From contig NC_087257.1 in NCBI RefSeq assembly GCF_037042905.1, forward strand, positions 21,762,001 to 21,826,000: DNA of 64,000 nt. The letters run 5' to 3'. Origin of the DNA: Lytechinus pictus. Its lineage: Eukaryota. Both the position numbers and the translations under genes were made by a program. Positions 1-13,400 of this stretch are shown one piece after another; position 1 is the stretch's first letter; every line of letters begins with the position of its first letter. The notes beneath the pieces were generated by a model, which saw only the letters and a program-made list of their open reading frames with translations, ran no database searches and was not told where the DNA came from.

Positions 1-249
1 CGACAACTTGTCGGATGAAAATGTTCATGAACGTTCCCCGGGTGAGGTCCAAATGGTGTCATCTTTTACATCTCTGTGTTGACAATGCAGTGAGTGATGT
101 CGGAATAACTCCATTTACGGGAAATGCAGGGATTTTCTAAGAAGTTCTGATCTATAAAAAATAATCTCAACCTGAATTAAGTTGTATTCAGGCTCAGTGT
201 AGTTTGAGTTCTCAACCGAAGGTGTTGTAATAACACACATAGATGTTGA

Positions 250-533
250 CATGGCCCTGGGAAGCTGGAGTTAAGGGGGTTCTGAAGCATCCCATCCCCC
301 CAAAAAAAAAAATCCTTGAGGGTTATGTGTGTAATATTCTCTATAGGCAGCACCCCCAGGTATTTGGGAGATGTGTAAAAAAAAAATTACCAAAATGACC
401 TTCATTTTGCAGTGAAACACTTTTTCTTTAAATTTATCGGGACTAATTTGAACTCCATTTTGCAGTGAAAATCTTCTTTTTCCAAATTTACATTAAGCAC
501 TCCGAGTTAAAAAAAATCGTTCCCAAGGCCCTG
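250..533. mobile_element. hAT-type non-autonomous element (MITE)
   Basis: Termini CATGGCCCTGGGA / TCCCAAGGCCCTG; perfect 8-bp TSD GATGTTGA at 242-249 and 534-541. Confidence 0.8.
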
Positions 534-622
534 GATGTTGAACAGTGTTGATTTAACACCATAGTAAAATTGCCGGTGTCGTACACAGGTTAGTAACCAC
601 AGTTATTGCTGTGTACAGGTAT

Positions 623-3600
623 TTAAATATCAGAAGGTTGGAGGTTCAAATCTCTGGCGGGAGTAGAGGACACGATAGGCTGCCATTCCGACTGGATGTC
701 ATCAGGTCGCTTCCAAGGGGCAAAGGTCACAACGAAGGTCACGACTGCTGCCAGAAAGAGGATGACCAAACCTAGGAAGTTGGCCACATAGGCTTCTGGT
801 GGACGCGAGGAATACGTTGTTGATCTGGTTTGGGAATGAAAATGGATAGGGATGGTAAAATAATGATGAAAGGGACTGGAAAGGTGGACGAGATGTTTCA
901 AACGACAATTTGTTTTGCTTTGTTTCTTGTTGGTTGTTTGTTAGGACAATCAACTACATATTCCAGAAAAGTATACGTATTATACTTTGTCAGGAATCCC
1001 TTATGATATGAAGATAAGAAGACAAGTACTTATGTTTATCATGGATCATTAAAGATAACGGTTAATGTTTTGTTTTTACCGAAACATCAACAAGATATTA
1101 CAACAATCAACTTTTAAATTACTGTTTCTCATCAGACAATGTCCAATTAAGATCTACAAACATAAAATGGAAAGAGTACCAGTTGGATTTTGAACTTGGT
1201 GCCTCATATAAACTGTCGAATGCTTTAGAATTATAAAGGTTAAAATTATGATGTTTCAATGTTAGAATTTAAATGATTATGTATAACGTCTTGAAAAAAA
1301 TGATTTTCTTTTCCACGGGCCACTTCACTTACATTGCCAGCATCAGTTTGTCTTCAATGCCGATGAGGGCAGTAGCACACGCACCGCCGAACAGAAAGAC
1401 ACCAAAGAATACATGGAGAGGCTTGTACCTATCTCGATGCTGTAGACTTGCACATGGAAATGCGAATATGGATAGCCCGATGAACCACTGCATCAAAGAT
1501 GTGAAAAAATAGTAATCATAATTCATCATACATTCTGAGCGACTACAGACTGACATAGCACCAATCCACATTCCCCTATACATTCTGAACAAATCCCTCG
1601 ACATTTTACCGATCCATACTGTCTTCACACTGACATAGCACCAATCCACAGTGCCTCGATTCTGAATGACTCCACACTGACATAGGACCGATCCACAATG
1701 GCTCCATACATTCTGAATAACTCCACACTGACATAGCACTGATCCACACTGCCATCATACATTCTGAATATCGCCACACTGACATAGCACTGATCCAAAC
1801 TGCCTTCATACATTCTGTATGACTCCACACTGAGATAGCAACGATCCACACTGCATACATACATTCTGAATGACTCCACACTGACATTGCACCGATCCAC
1901 ACTGCCTTCATACATTCTGAATGACTCCACACTGACATTGCACCGATCCACACTGCCTTCATACATTCTGAATGACGCCACGCTGACATTGCACAGATCC
2001 ACACTGCCTTCATACATTCTGAATGACTCCACACTGACATTGCACCGATCCACACTGCCTTCATACATTCTGAATGACTCCACACTGATATTGCACCGAT
2101 CCACACTGCCTTCATACATTCTGAATATCGCCACACTGACATTGCACCGATCCACACTGCCTTCATACATTCTGAATGACTCCACACTGACATTGCACCG
2201 ATCCACACTGCCTTCATACATTCTGAATGACGCCACTCTGACATTGCACCGATCCTCACTGCCATCATACATTCTGACTGACTCCACACTGACATTGCAC
2301 CGATCCACACTGCCTTCATACATTCTGACTGACGCCACACTGACATTGCACCGATCCACACTGCCTTCATACATTCTGAATGACGCCACACTGACATTGC
2401 ACCGATCCACACTGCCTCCATACATTCTGAATAATTCCACACTGACATTGCACCGATCCACACTGCCTTCATACATTCTGAATGACGCCACACTGACATT
2501 GCACCGATCCACACTGCCTCCATACATTCTGAATAATTCCACACTGACATAGCACCGATCCTCACTGCCATCATACATTCTGACTGACTCCACACTGATA
2601 TAGCACCGATCCACGCTGCCTTCATACATTCTGAATGACTCCACACTGACATAGCACCGAGCGATCCACACTGCCTTCATACATGCTGAATGACTCCACT
2701 ATCATATTGAACCGACTTGCCTCCACACCATTCTGAATGACTCCATACTGATATAGCACCAATCCACACTGTCTCCACACCATTCAAAATGACTCCACAC
2801 TGACATAGCACCGATCCACACTGCCTTCATACATTCTAAACAAGAATGATTCATCGTGCTTACCTGAATGACGTACATTATGAAGACCGTTATCCCGATC
2901 CAGCTATGGATGGAGTAAACGTTCGGTATACCATTGGCGTTGTGGTACTGCCATACCGCCACCAGGGCCAGGCATGCGCAGAAAAGGGCCAGACAGTGAA
3001 AGATTACATGAGCCGCTTTGACCCACGCTTTTGGCGTTTCCCGACAGGCACGGTAGAGCATCAGAGCTAATGGGGAGAAATAATGANNNNNNNNNNNNNN
3101 NNNNNNNNNNNNNNNNNNNNNNNNNNNNNNNNNNNNNNNNNNNNNNNNNNNNNNNNNNNNNNNNNNNNNNNNNNNNNNNNNNNNNNNNNNNNNNNNNNNN
3201 NNNNNNNNNNNNNNNNNNNNNNNNNNNNNNNNNNNNNNNNNNNNNNNNNNNNNNNNNNNNNNNNNNNNNNNTAAAGAGTGGAGTGCATCAGAAAACGTCT
3301 CTATGCGCTTGGCATATACATTGGAAGGATATTTTTTACAGGGGTTTCCATACTAGTTATATAAAAATACTAATAAAAAAGAATATTTTTACGGTCTCCT
3401 GGTAAAGACTTTTATGATTCTCAACATTATATCTCCGAATCATTACAAAGGAAGTAAATAAAATTATCTAGAAAGGGGAGCAGGATAAATAATACATCAG
3501 TTTGCAAAAAATAACTTAATAAATATTAAATCTGTTTTGGGGTGATCTGGGGACGGACAATAAACTATTCATTTCATCTTTTCGTTGAACTTAGTCGGTT

Positions 3601-3836
3601 AACATATTAATGAGTTTTATTCATTATGATACGTTCATGAAAAGGCATCATTAATGAATCTTACCGTTGCCATTGAAGACAATGAGACCGAGCGTCATCA
3701 TGATTGGATGAAGGTTGAATTCGGAGGTGGTACCGTCCCAAGCCACGCCCCCTCGGTACACGCCCATCCAGACACCGACCAATACCACGGCTAGTACGCA
3801 TAACACCTCAGCAATAACAATTAGTACGAAAATCAT
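623..3836 (-). CDS. Cytochrome b561 family transmembrane ascorbate-dependent reductase (CYB561/CYBRD1/CYB561A3-like), 243 aa; coding exons 3665-3836, 2864-3066, 1333-1487, 623-824
   Basis: GT-AG junctions in consistent phases (1,0,2) give 732 nt. Motifs: FNLHPIMM, ALMLYRACR (ascorbate-site-like), KAAH, YSIHSWIG, YKPLHVFFG, WKRP. Multiple hydrophobic helices and conserved His ligands. Paralog not assignable by eye. Confidence 0.93.
1525..2837. repeat. 51-bp minisatellite, ~25 copies, inside a cytochrome b561 intron
   Basis: Unit CATTCTGAATGACTCCACACTGACATTGCACCGATCCACACTGCCTTCATA; the 17-aa periodicity is visible in three ORFs of the track. Confidence 0.97.
3087..3271. other. Assembly gap (185 N)
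   Basis: Run of N. Confidence 1.
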
Positions 3837-5112
3837 GCTTGGAACAGGAAACTGAAATTAAGTATCATCAGTAACATTATTAATCAGTAAATCGGTTGAT
3901 TTTTTTAAAATAAAATATCTACATGACTACATGGATTTGAAATCAACATCAATACGACTAAATAATAAAGGCTAAATTTTGCTATACTAGTACTTGAAAA
4001 TCGATAGGTTGGTAGGTAAGATATTCATAAATATGAAATAAAACATCTATTCTCTTCTAATCTATTCATATTTAAATTAGGGGGTCGGGTGATTGATATG
4101 TAATCCGTTTTCTTTTTTTAATGAACGATTTCTTGTCAAAGTAAAAAAAATCTTGTAAGTTTGTAATTGCGAAATTATATTAAGTGTCCGTCTTACAATG
4201 TATCATTTCAAATTTGAATAGATTCTTGGTGTAGAATGAATAGAGGTGAAAGATAGATTAAGAGGAATTGTTCGTGTAGGATTCATGTTTATATTTTATG
4301 ACAATTAGCAGTCTAGTTCTGTAAGGGCAATTCAAAATTGATACTACTCGCACGGTTGTAATTGGTTCTCTTAATGTTAATCTTTAAATAAATTATTGTA
4401 TTATATACAATCTCACGTTCATTTATTTTACACCTTTAAAAAAATATTGTTGCAAAAATAAATATTAAGAAACCAGATATGGAATGCATTCTTACAATCA
4501 CCAACTAAGGACCTAACCTGAATTCAAAATACAATATTCAAACGGTATAAACAAAGCATCGGTATTGAACAAGATGGTTCATGCATTGAGTAAAAATATT
4601 TCTTCCTTAAGTGCTGGTGCTTTTTATAGGCTGGTGTATTTGAGAAAAGGACAATGAAATTAAGTTAAAAAAACATAAGACAATGCACTTTAAAACAGAA
4701 CGTAGCAAAGCGATTAACAGAAAACACAAAAACAAAAATAAGAGCGATAAGAATGGAAATGCAAATGTCATTATTATTTGTTATTTGTTAAACTGTATTT
4801 TAATGTTAGTGTTCTTTTTTAGCAAAAGCTAATGAGGAGAGTCTTTTGACAAAAACTTGATTTCTTTTGATAATCCTAAGGCATTAGCTGGTGTTCTTTC
4901 CTCTTTTTTTTAGTGTTTTTTTTACATTTGATATTGTATATTGTATGATGATTATTTTCAATGTAATGAATTTGACTATTGTTACGAGTAAAATGTGTAC
5001 CTGGAAATGAAAAAAAAAAGAAATATACTCAACAGCCATGAAATATTAAGCTCTGACGGTGTCTCTTGCAAGCAAAGTCAGAGAAAATGAAATTATATGA
5101 ATTCACACTTAC

Positions 5113-5190
5113 CAACCGTCTAAAGATAATTAGATCTCTCCAGAATTAGTCCGATTGTGGTATACCTCTGTCAAAGAATGTTATCGCCAC
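5113..5190 (-). other. Possible non-coding first exon of the cytochrome b561 gene
   Basis: Donor G|GTAAGT at 5112 on the minus strand; acceptor TTTCAG at 3852 just upstream of the ATG; TATA-like and CCAAT-like motifs at ~5237-5316. The 5' boundary is a guess. Confidence 0.35.
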
Positions 5191-5766
5191 AGTGCCCTTG
5201 TTAGCTGGATGACTCTGCATTTAATATCATCTTGTAATATTATAGTATGTATCGGTATCAAGTTATCAAATGGGAAATGGCTGTTTAATATTACTCCAAC
5301 CAGACTCGGCAATTGGGGCGTCTTCCTCATATTGATAGGTAGGAGAGTGCTTCGTTATGGTTTCAAATGTAATATTAAGAAAAATGAGTACAAACCGTAA
5401 AATGTTCGTGAATAATAAATGAAATTAACTGTTTTGTAGTAACAGGATTTAAGAGATTTCAAGGTGTCAAAATCTTCCGCTTGCATTTTTGGAGGGGGGG
5501 GGGGGAACATCCCCTCCCTCCCTCATCCCCCTCTCCGGGATGAGTGATAAAGTCAGTTGAACATCACCGGTTTGTGTCTATTTTCATTATTGTATAACTT
5601 TGCTGGTACATGACATGCAACTTATCCTTTTCCTAAAAATATGTGCTGGTACAAAATTGATGTAATTACACACTTAAAAACATTCATAGGGCTCACGAAA
5701 CGCGATTGTTTTATGGATGTAGGCATGATGGAATATTAAACACAACCTTGAGGAATAATAATGACA

Positions 5767-6222
5767 AGAAGAAGAAGAGGAAGAAGAAGAAGAAGGAGGA
5801 GGAGGAGGAGAAGGAGGAGAAGAAAAAGAAGGAGGAGGAGAAGATGATGTGTGAGTAGAGTAAGAGGAGGAGGAAGAAGAATTATGGAGCAAGTATGAAG
5901 AAGGCACCAAAAAAAAAAAAAAAAAAAGGATGCAAGAAAGAAAAAAGAGGAAAAAGTTAGACAAAAATAAAACAAGAAAGATGAGAAGGAAAAGCAGAAG
6001 TGGACGAAGAGGAAGGAGGAAGGGGAAAAAAGAAGGATGAAGGAAGAAGAGGAAGGGTGAGGAGGAAGAAGAAGTGTGAGGAGGTAGAAGAATGCGCTAT
6101 ATCACTGAACCTATTTACGGAAGAAGGAGGAGGAGGAGGATGAAGATGAGAAGAAGAAGACGAAGAAGGAGTATGAGGAGAAGAGGGGGAAAACATAAAG
6201 AGAGGGGGAGGGGGAGGAAGCA
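5767..6222. repeat. Purine-rich (GAA/GGA)n low-complexity tract
   Basis: Direct inspection. Confidence 0.9.
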
Positions 6223-7924
6223 GCAATAGTAAACCATAATTGCTTCATATTAAGGTGGTGCTCAAGCCTCAGGGCCTACAATAATATAATTTAATTGAGT
6301 TAAATTACAAGAGTAAAACGCTGAAACTCAAAAAGAAAAAAGTCATCGACTGTAAAAGTTCTCCATTATTCAGTTAGACAGCTATGCATGTCATTAGGAA
6401 TATTATGCAATGAGCGAGCTCAGGATGTTCTGTACCCACGTTGGTTATTTAATGCTCATTATTATTATGATGTTTTTTAACCAGCCTGTTTCCATGACTA
6501 CCATAATCATGAATGCATCTATCCTTTCAATAACTTTTCAATGTGAGTATCGTATCCCTGATGAAAAGATGCGAGGTTTGCATAAAAAAATTGGATAATA
6601 CTTGGAAATAAACTTTTAGTTGGAACTGAATGCATTACCTTGTATTGTTATATACATGTATGTATAACTTGCTACTAACAAACGTTAATGATCTCACACA
6701 TTGAATCAGAGCTTAATCTTATTTGTACATTCTTGGAGCAGAAAATTGGAATAGTCAAAATTTCTTACAATACAACAAAGTGGAGATACGATATCATTGG
6801 CTTGCTCATTCCAAATTCATATAAAATCGAAGAACTGTTTTAACCCCAAAATGCAAAAACTGGTAATGTCACAAGTCTTATTTTTCATCCGATTTTGATG
6901 AATTTTCATAATTTTGCGTGTTCAATCTGATTCTACTTATTCAAACCCCATTTTTTTTCAACCTGGAGTACCCTTTTATCAAAGCTCTGCACGACTGTAC
7001 AAATAACTGGGATGTGTTATTCAATGCTAAGTCGTATTCACACTAACTTAATCGGAAAGGATTGGATTTCAACTTAAGCCGGTGGAATTCTTCACAACTA
7101 CTTAATACAGATTCATAAAACATTACCAAGTAGTTAAAAATTTGTTCATTAAAGCTCTGTCACATCATTCCGTGCAAGCCTTGCATTTGATTTGTAGACA
7201 ACTCTTTTTTTCTTTCAGCAGGTTGGTTACATTGACAGTATCTCGCACGTATCTCACACACAGTTGCACACAGAAAAGTTTAGAACATGCTCAAATCTTT
7301 GTTGAGGGTGAGTTGCAGTTTATTCCCCACAATTCACCCACAAGGCTGTGCACGGAAAGACATGACAGAGCCTTTATGAACTGCTCGACACAGCCCCATG
7401 TAATATTACAATGACAGCATTTCTGAATAAGGAATACGAATACTCATGAAAATCTTTACTACATAAGAAGTTTTACTGATTATCTCTTATTATAAGATAC
7501 TGGCATAAATTCATTCATGACATACAAAACATTTCTAAAAATTCATGATACAAGAAAAACCTGGCAAGGAAGGTATTCAGGAATATACAGAGAAACAAAT
7601 AATGATGAATGTGTATAGGATTATTTGAGTTATCACATTGTCACTTTTTTATGCGGATAGCTGGAGTATATGAAGGGGGTAATATCTTTTTTATTTTACT
7701 TTTACATCTTTCACTCCAGAATAAAAATAAATGATTCCTGATTAGTTGGCAAATGGCTTTCCATTATAAAGAGTGGTCAAGGTTAACCTACTACTACATG
7801 TTAATGGCATTTGTGGTACATGTAATAGGGACTCTTGTAAGTGCAACAGGAACATTGTGGTCATAGGGACTTTCAAAACTGCAATAGGGACAGGCATAAG
7901 AACACATCAAATGTATTGAAAATA

Positions 7925-8100
7925 CCCATCAAAGAACAATAAACAGCTGGGAGGTCTTTGTCGAAAACTAGCGAACCAGAGCAGCAGTTTTCGTCGTAGG
8001 TTTCTGAGCTGACGAAAATGTACAAATATGTCGTTCGTCCAGAGTCACGGCCGAAACTATTGCTCTAACTCACTAACTATCGACAAAGACTTCACTCCCA
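7925..8100. mobile_element. Small MITE; a matching terminus recurs at ~51915-51935
   Basis: Inverted ends GGGAGGTCTTTGTCGA / TCGACAAAGACTTCACTCCC. Confidence 0.5.
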
Positions 8101-8777
8101 TGAAGTGCATTCGACAATAATATAAAAACAGGGCAGTCCAACACCATCAGAGACCCAAGGCCTGGGATGCCCTGTTAATTGGCCTTGATGCTTCTCCCTC
8201 ATTGACCCGTACAAAATCAGGTGAACACACTATTACTGTTACCGCATCTTAAGAACGGAACAACATCCCTTCTTTCATTAAATCGTCAAACACTGCAAAT
8301 GTGTAATTTTGTATTGTATTTATGTAGATTGATATGTTTGTAAATGCTGTGATATAGTTTTACTATGGAGATCGTATTAAATGCTAATTATTATCATTAT
8401 TATCATTATTGGCCTTAGGGATTTGTTGTGCCCTTCTTATTTTTCCCATTCATGCTGTAATAAGAGGAACGTTCCTTGTGGAAGAGTGGCCTCGCTTTCA
8501 AAATATTGAAATTTTAGGCCTGCAAAATTAATATGAAGTATGAAGAGAATACAATCAAATGACCACCTTAAAGTGTTTTCAAGTATGAATTGAATATATC
8601 ATGTATCAGCAAGTGATTCTGGTAGATAGTGTATAATTGGTCATAAATTTACATATTAACATACATAACATATAAGCAAGGCATTACTGTTGGGTAAAAG
8701 GTCTTTTTCCAAAAATAATAATCTTTGAATTATCAAGATACTGAAGAGAGAGTAAAAAACATGATTTTCCAGACAAA

Positions 8778-8783
8778 TTTATT
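8778..8783 (-). terminator. Candidate polyadenylation signal (AATAAA) of the AT-hook gene
   Basis: AATAAA on the minus strand ~1.56 kb past the stop, followed by a T-rich downstream stretch. Confidence 0.35.
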
Positions 8784-9334
8784 AAACTTTTGTATCCTAG
8801 AATAATAAATACAATTATAATCGATGAATACATACCAATCTCATTAATGGGAAAATTGTAGCCTCACAAATAGAAATCTATTAACAATTAATGGCAAGTT
8901 TCAATCATAAATTTTGAGTTGACTGATAGATCTGAACTTAAGCATATACAATTATTACATTCTGTTGGAGGAAGCAGCACAACATTAATAAATAATTATT
9001 AATATTGGGACCTAACATTAGACTTGCAGTGGAGTGCAGTTCTTGGCAATGCCCCCTTTTTAATAGTCAAAGAAACCAAGTAAACACTATTTAGGCCTAT
9101 ACATAACGATCATCTGGGATAATGGAATAATGCAATGTATAAATGAAAACTGTAGATGTAGGTCATGATTTCACATTTTACATGATCTCTAGATAAATAA
9201 TATACATGTAAAGAGAAATGTAAGGCAAGGTAAGTTTATGAAATGTTTGGTTAGACCATATTAAATTTCAGGCTTAAGCTATACAAGCCTTCACTAATAC
9301 AGTAGATCTTTTACGGAACATGTTGAAATAAAAG

Positions 9335-10430
9335 TTTTCTAGTCCTTAGTTAATATGACCTCTTTTAATCTCATCAGGTCTAGATTCTTCATCTTGATCA
9401 CCTTGCAAAGTGGGAAAGATCAAGTTAAGTTCAGGGGGATGTTTCACAAAGATTTAAGTATGACTTAGCGTCGAACTTAAATGCCTAGTTGCATGTGGTA
9501 TAAAAGGCTTAACCGCATTGGTCGGATCATGCAATGAGGACGCACACTACTGCGTATCAATCAATAAGATCGCGCGTTGCACATCATGTACGTGTCGGCA
9601 TTTAAGCGCGACTCTAAGTCATACTTAAATCTTTGTGAAACACCCCCCAGTTTTGCATTAGTTCTGAAGTGACAGCTCACATTTTAAGCTAATTTATAGG
9701 ACCTCCAATAATCTTGTCACATGTAGATCCATATAGTACATCCTATACTTCAGCACTTCCTTTATACATGTAACAAGGACAAGTGAAACTTCAGTTCAGA
9801 GTTGCATTGGTTCTGTAGTCATAGCCCACATTTTTAAAGACTTCTTATAATCTCACCAGGTCTATACCTCTATGGTATATGGTGATTCTTAACCTTGGGC
9901 TACTCCTGTTAAAACAAGGCCAAGTGCAAGTTCAATTCTGACTTGCATTGGTTCTGCAGTCATGGCTCATACTTCTCAAAGTCATCTTATAGTCCTAATG
10001 GGTCTACACCTCTCTAACAGATCTTTACACTTGAGCACCCCATTTAAAACAAGGGCAAGTAGAAGTTTAGTTCTGACTCACATTGGTTCTTCTACAGTCA
10101 TGCCTCAGCCTTTTAAGCCCTCTTATAGTCCCACCTGGTCTAGACCTCTACAGTTTATGGTGATCCTTAACCTTGCGCTACTTCCTAAAACAAGGCCATA
10201 TATAAGTTCGATTCAGCCTTCAGTTGGTTCTGCAGTCATGGCCCATATTTTTCAAAGACCTCTTATAGTTCCATTATAGGGTCAAGCCCTATGGATCAAA
10301 TCCTAAACATGGACCATCTTGAAAACAATGTCAAAACTTCAGGTCAATCTTGCGTTGATTCCGCTGTAATGGCCCTCTTTTTCAGTCTGTTCAAGAGTCC
10401 TCCCGTTATCTGATCGAGTCTAGACCGACG
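9335..10430. repeat. Degenerate ~140-bp tandem array (~7 units) overlapping the CDS end and 3' UTR of the AT-hook gene
   Basis: Anchor TTGGTTCT-like motif at 9658, 9807, 9948, 10083, 10224, 10355; shared GGTCTAGAC and AAAACAAGG blocks. Confidence 0.8.
9435..9647. mobile_element. PIF/Harbinger-like MITE inserted in the 3' UTR array
   Basis: ~50-bp TIRs (GGGGATGTTTCACAAAGATTTAAGTATGACTTAG... / ...CTAAGTCATACTTAAATCTTTGTGAAACACCCCC); 3-bp TSD CAG. Confidence 0.85.
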
Positions 10431-13400
10431 GGCGGGATCAGGAACTTTAACACCTTTGGAATCATTCATCCCAATTTGGGCTAGTTTGACGGATCCTTCC
10501 CTGATTCCTTCACTTGGTATGAGATTCACATCCGGTTCCAATGCTAGATGGCTACTATCGTTTGTCTCCACCTGAATCACAGACTGAATAAGAACGAGAC
10601 ATTAACTTTCACAGGGAATTGGACGCCTGAAGGGTGTGTCCCAATAACAGTTATTGTCTAATACCCAGAGTGGTATCAAGTTTCATTATGTCATTGGATG
10701 GGCGATTATCACATGTGAGATATCCCCCTTAAATAAAGCCCTTCCTCAGTGTTTGCACAAGAAAAATATAGGCCTATGCTTTTTTTATTCAGGAAGTAAA
10801 TAAAATGTTGACACTTATTCATTTAATAAGATATAACTACATGTATGCATTGTAAGCCAAATTTTGACATATCATGTAAATAACATTTTCTATTAAAGTG
10901 ACAAATTTCACAACATCATTGCTCATATCAGCTACCAACTTGCAACAAAAAAGCCCCATGCCTTTGCAACTCTTTACTTTCGCCTCATACCCCATACATT
11001 TGTACACAATAGATGCTGAAGCACTACTTACACCCGGGTCTGCGCTATCTGATGGGGGTGATTCTGGTTGATTCTGTATCGTCTGGACCCTCTCATCATT
11101 GAGCATCACCTCCCCATACAGAACAGATGAATGTGGATAAGAACCCTTCTCTGGAGTGTGTGGGTAGACCACTGTCTCAAGGTCACCTTCTCCAACTACC
11201 GGTAAAAACCTGTCCGACGGTTCAAGCAAACCATCATCCTGCATAGTGGCCATAGGTGCGTTACCGATCACCGACATTTGACTGAAGTTTGATAGTCTAC
11301 AAGATGGAACTATTAAGCTCTCCGGTTGGGATGGCTGAAAGTAAACACCATCGTTTGGAGTTTCTATTCTTTCGTCGGAACTAGAGGCAATGTCTTGAAG
11401 ATCGCTCCTCACTGACAGTGACTGGTCGGGCGAGGTTATGGCATTGAAGGATTGTGCAAGGGCTCTGGAGAATGCTAACCGTGCTGATCTAACAGACGGT
11501 GAGAGATGAGAGAGGTCTTCATCAGGTATGGGTAGCCTCCCAGGGGGACTTTCAGGCATGGCTCTAGGTATCTGAGGTGATGCAACGCTAGTTATTCTTG
11601 TGGGGTATTGGACAGCAGGTGCGATAGGTACTGTTCTCTGGACCTTCCTGGAATTGAGTCTGCCAGGTGGACGACCTCGCTGTAAATACAAAAACAAAAC
11701 AAATTACCTTATTCAAAAGGATCTTTTTAAAGACGCCTTCTCTCCTCAACTTGCATCTTCCATATTATCTTCGGCTGTCCCCTACTCCTCAAACAACCCA
11801 ACTCTAACTCAAAACAAAAAGTCCTACTTAAAACATGCCCTCAGCACTTGCCCACACCACTGCATCAACTGGTACATCACTTCTTCCAAACCTAATACCT
11901 GCATCTAATCTTCCATCCTCTTCTTGTCTATCAACTTCTTGCCACATCACTCTCACCATTGCTCTCTCTCTCTCTGCACTCCTCAAAGTCCCTATCTCAT
12001 TTTCTCTCAAACATGTCTCACTCCCATAGTATACACCATCTTCAAGCTTACACAACATCTTACACACCATCCCTTGATCATAAAAGAAAATATTTCCCCC
12101 AAAACAACCTCCCTAAACTGTACATATATTGTATTCAGAATATATATTAACAAAATGAAATCAAATGAATTGAATATAAAAGCATATTAATTCATAGAGT
12201 AGGCTCACCTTTCGTTTTGGTTTCTCCTCATAAACTTGTACCACTTGTAGTTTAACAGGTTCTCTGCAGGAAAGAGAAAAAAAATCAAAAGTGGTATCAT
12301 TTAGGACATGTCCAAGTGAAAAGTGCATACAATAACTCTTAAAGACTACTGACATGATTGTTGCAGTTACTGGACTGTTACCCACAGATTTAGCTGCTAT
12401 GCAATTTGAATTACTGTATCACAGAATAGTGATATTCCCATTAGCTATGTGTACATGAGAATTGCCTGCCACAGTAATAGAAATGGCCTTCTATGTGATC
12501 CTGACGAGTACTACATTGAGAATTTATCATTTTGTCGCTGAGGTGTTAAAATCTTGTATCTCAAAATGGGAAAAATTGCAGAAAGCATCTAAAAAGATGT
12601 ATTTAAGATATGACATTGTTAGTAACAGCCTTCTTTTACCTAGAGAGAATTTTCTAAAGGAATCAGGAGACCACTTTCAGACATGAAGTTGCATCCACTG
12701 CCCAATGTCTTTAAAGGGATGCTCTGGGCTGAAGATATTTTATCTCAATAAATAAAGTAAAATTCACAGAGCAAAATGCTGAAAATTTCATCAAAATCGG
12801 ATAACAAATAACAAAGTTATTGAATTTTAAAGATATGCATTATTTCGGTGAAACAGTTCTAAGCATGTCTTCATGAATATTCATTGGGTGGGCTGATGAT
12901 ATCATATCCCCACTTGTTCTTTTTGTATTTTATTATAAGAAATTAAGTTTATTAAAAAATTTTCTATGAAGAACTAAAACAATTGGATTGACAACTGATT
13001 TAGTGCATTAGTTATTTCTTGCTGCAACGTAATTTCATCATAATGGAGATGCATCATTTACACATTTATGAAAAAATTAAATAATTATGATTTCATGTAA
13101 TGACATAAGAAAAAGGAAAATGGGGATGTGACATCATCAGCCCACCTAATGAAAAATTCATGAAGACATACCTAGAACTGTTTCATTGTAATAATGCAAT
13201 TTTTTTAAATTCAATAACTTTGTTATTTGTTAATCCGATTTTGATGAAATTTTCAGCATTTTGCTCTGTGAATTTTACTCTACTAATTTAATACCTTCAG
13301 CCTGGAATACCTGTATCCCTTTAACCCATTGCCTAGTGGAAATAATGATCCCTTTACAAAGCCTCTATGAATCACATAATTCAGTAGTAAACAGGTAAAC

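Noticed and set aside
1606-2680. 348-, 351- and 221-aa periodic ORFs, or a CRISPR-like array
   Set aside because: Products of a 51-bp intronic minisatellite. Units are contiguous with no unique spacers, and no cas genes are present.
5674-6226. Poly-Ser/Pro/Leu ORFs (also 20368-20778, 27667-27885, 32878-33146, 45221-45452)
   Set aside because: Translations of microsatellite or low-complexity DNA.
9962-10279. 105-aa plus-strand ORF
   Set aside because: Lies antisense within the degenerate 3' UTR array; no recognisable domain.
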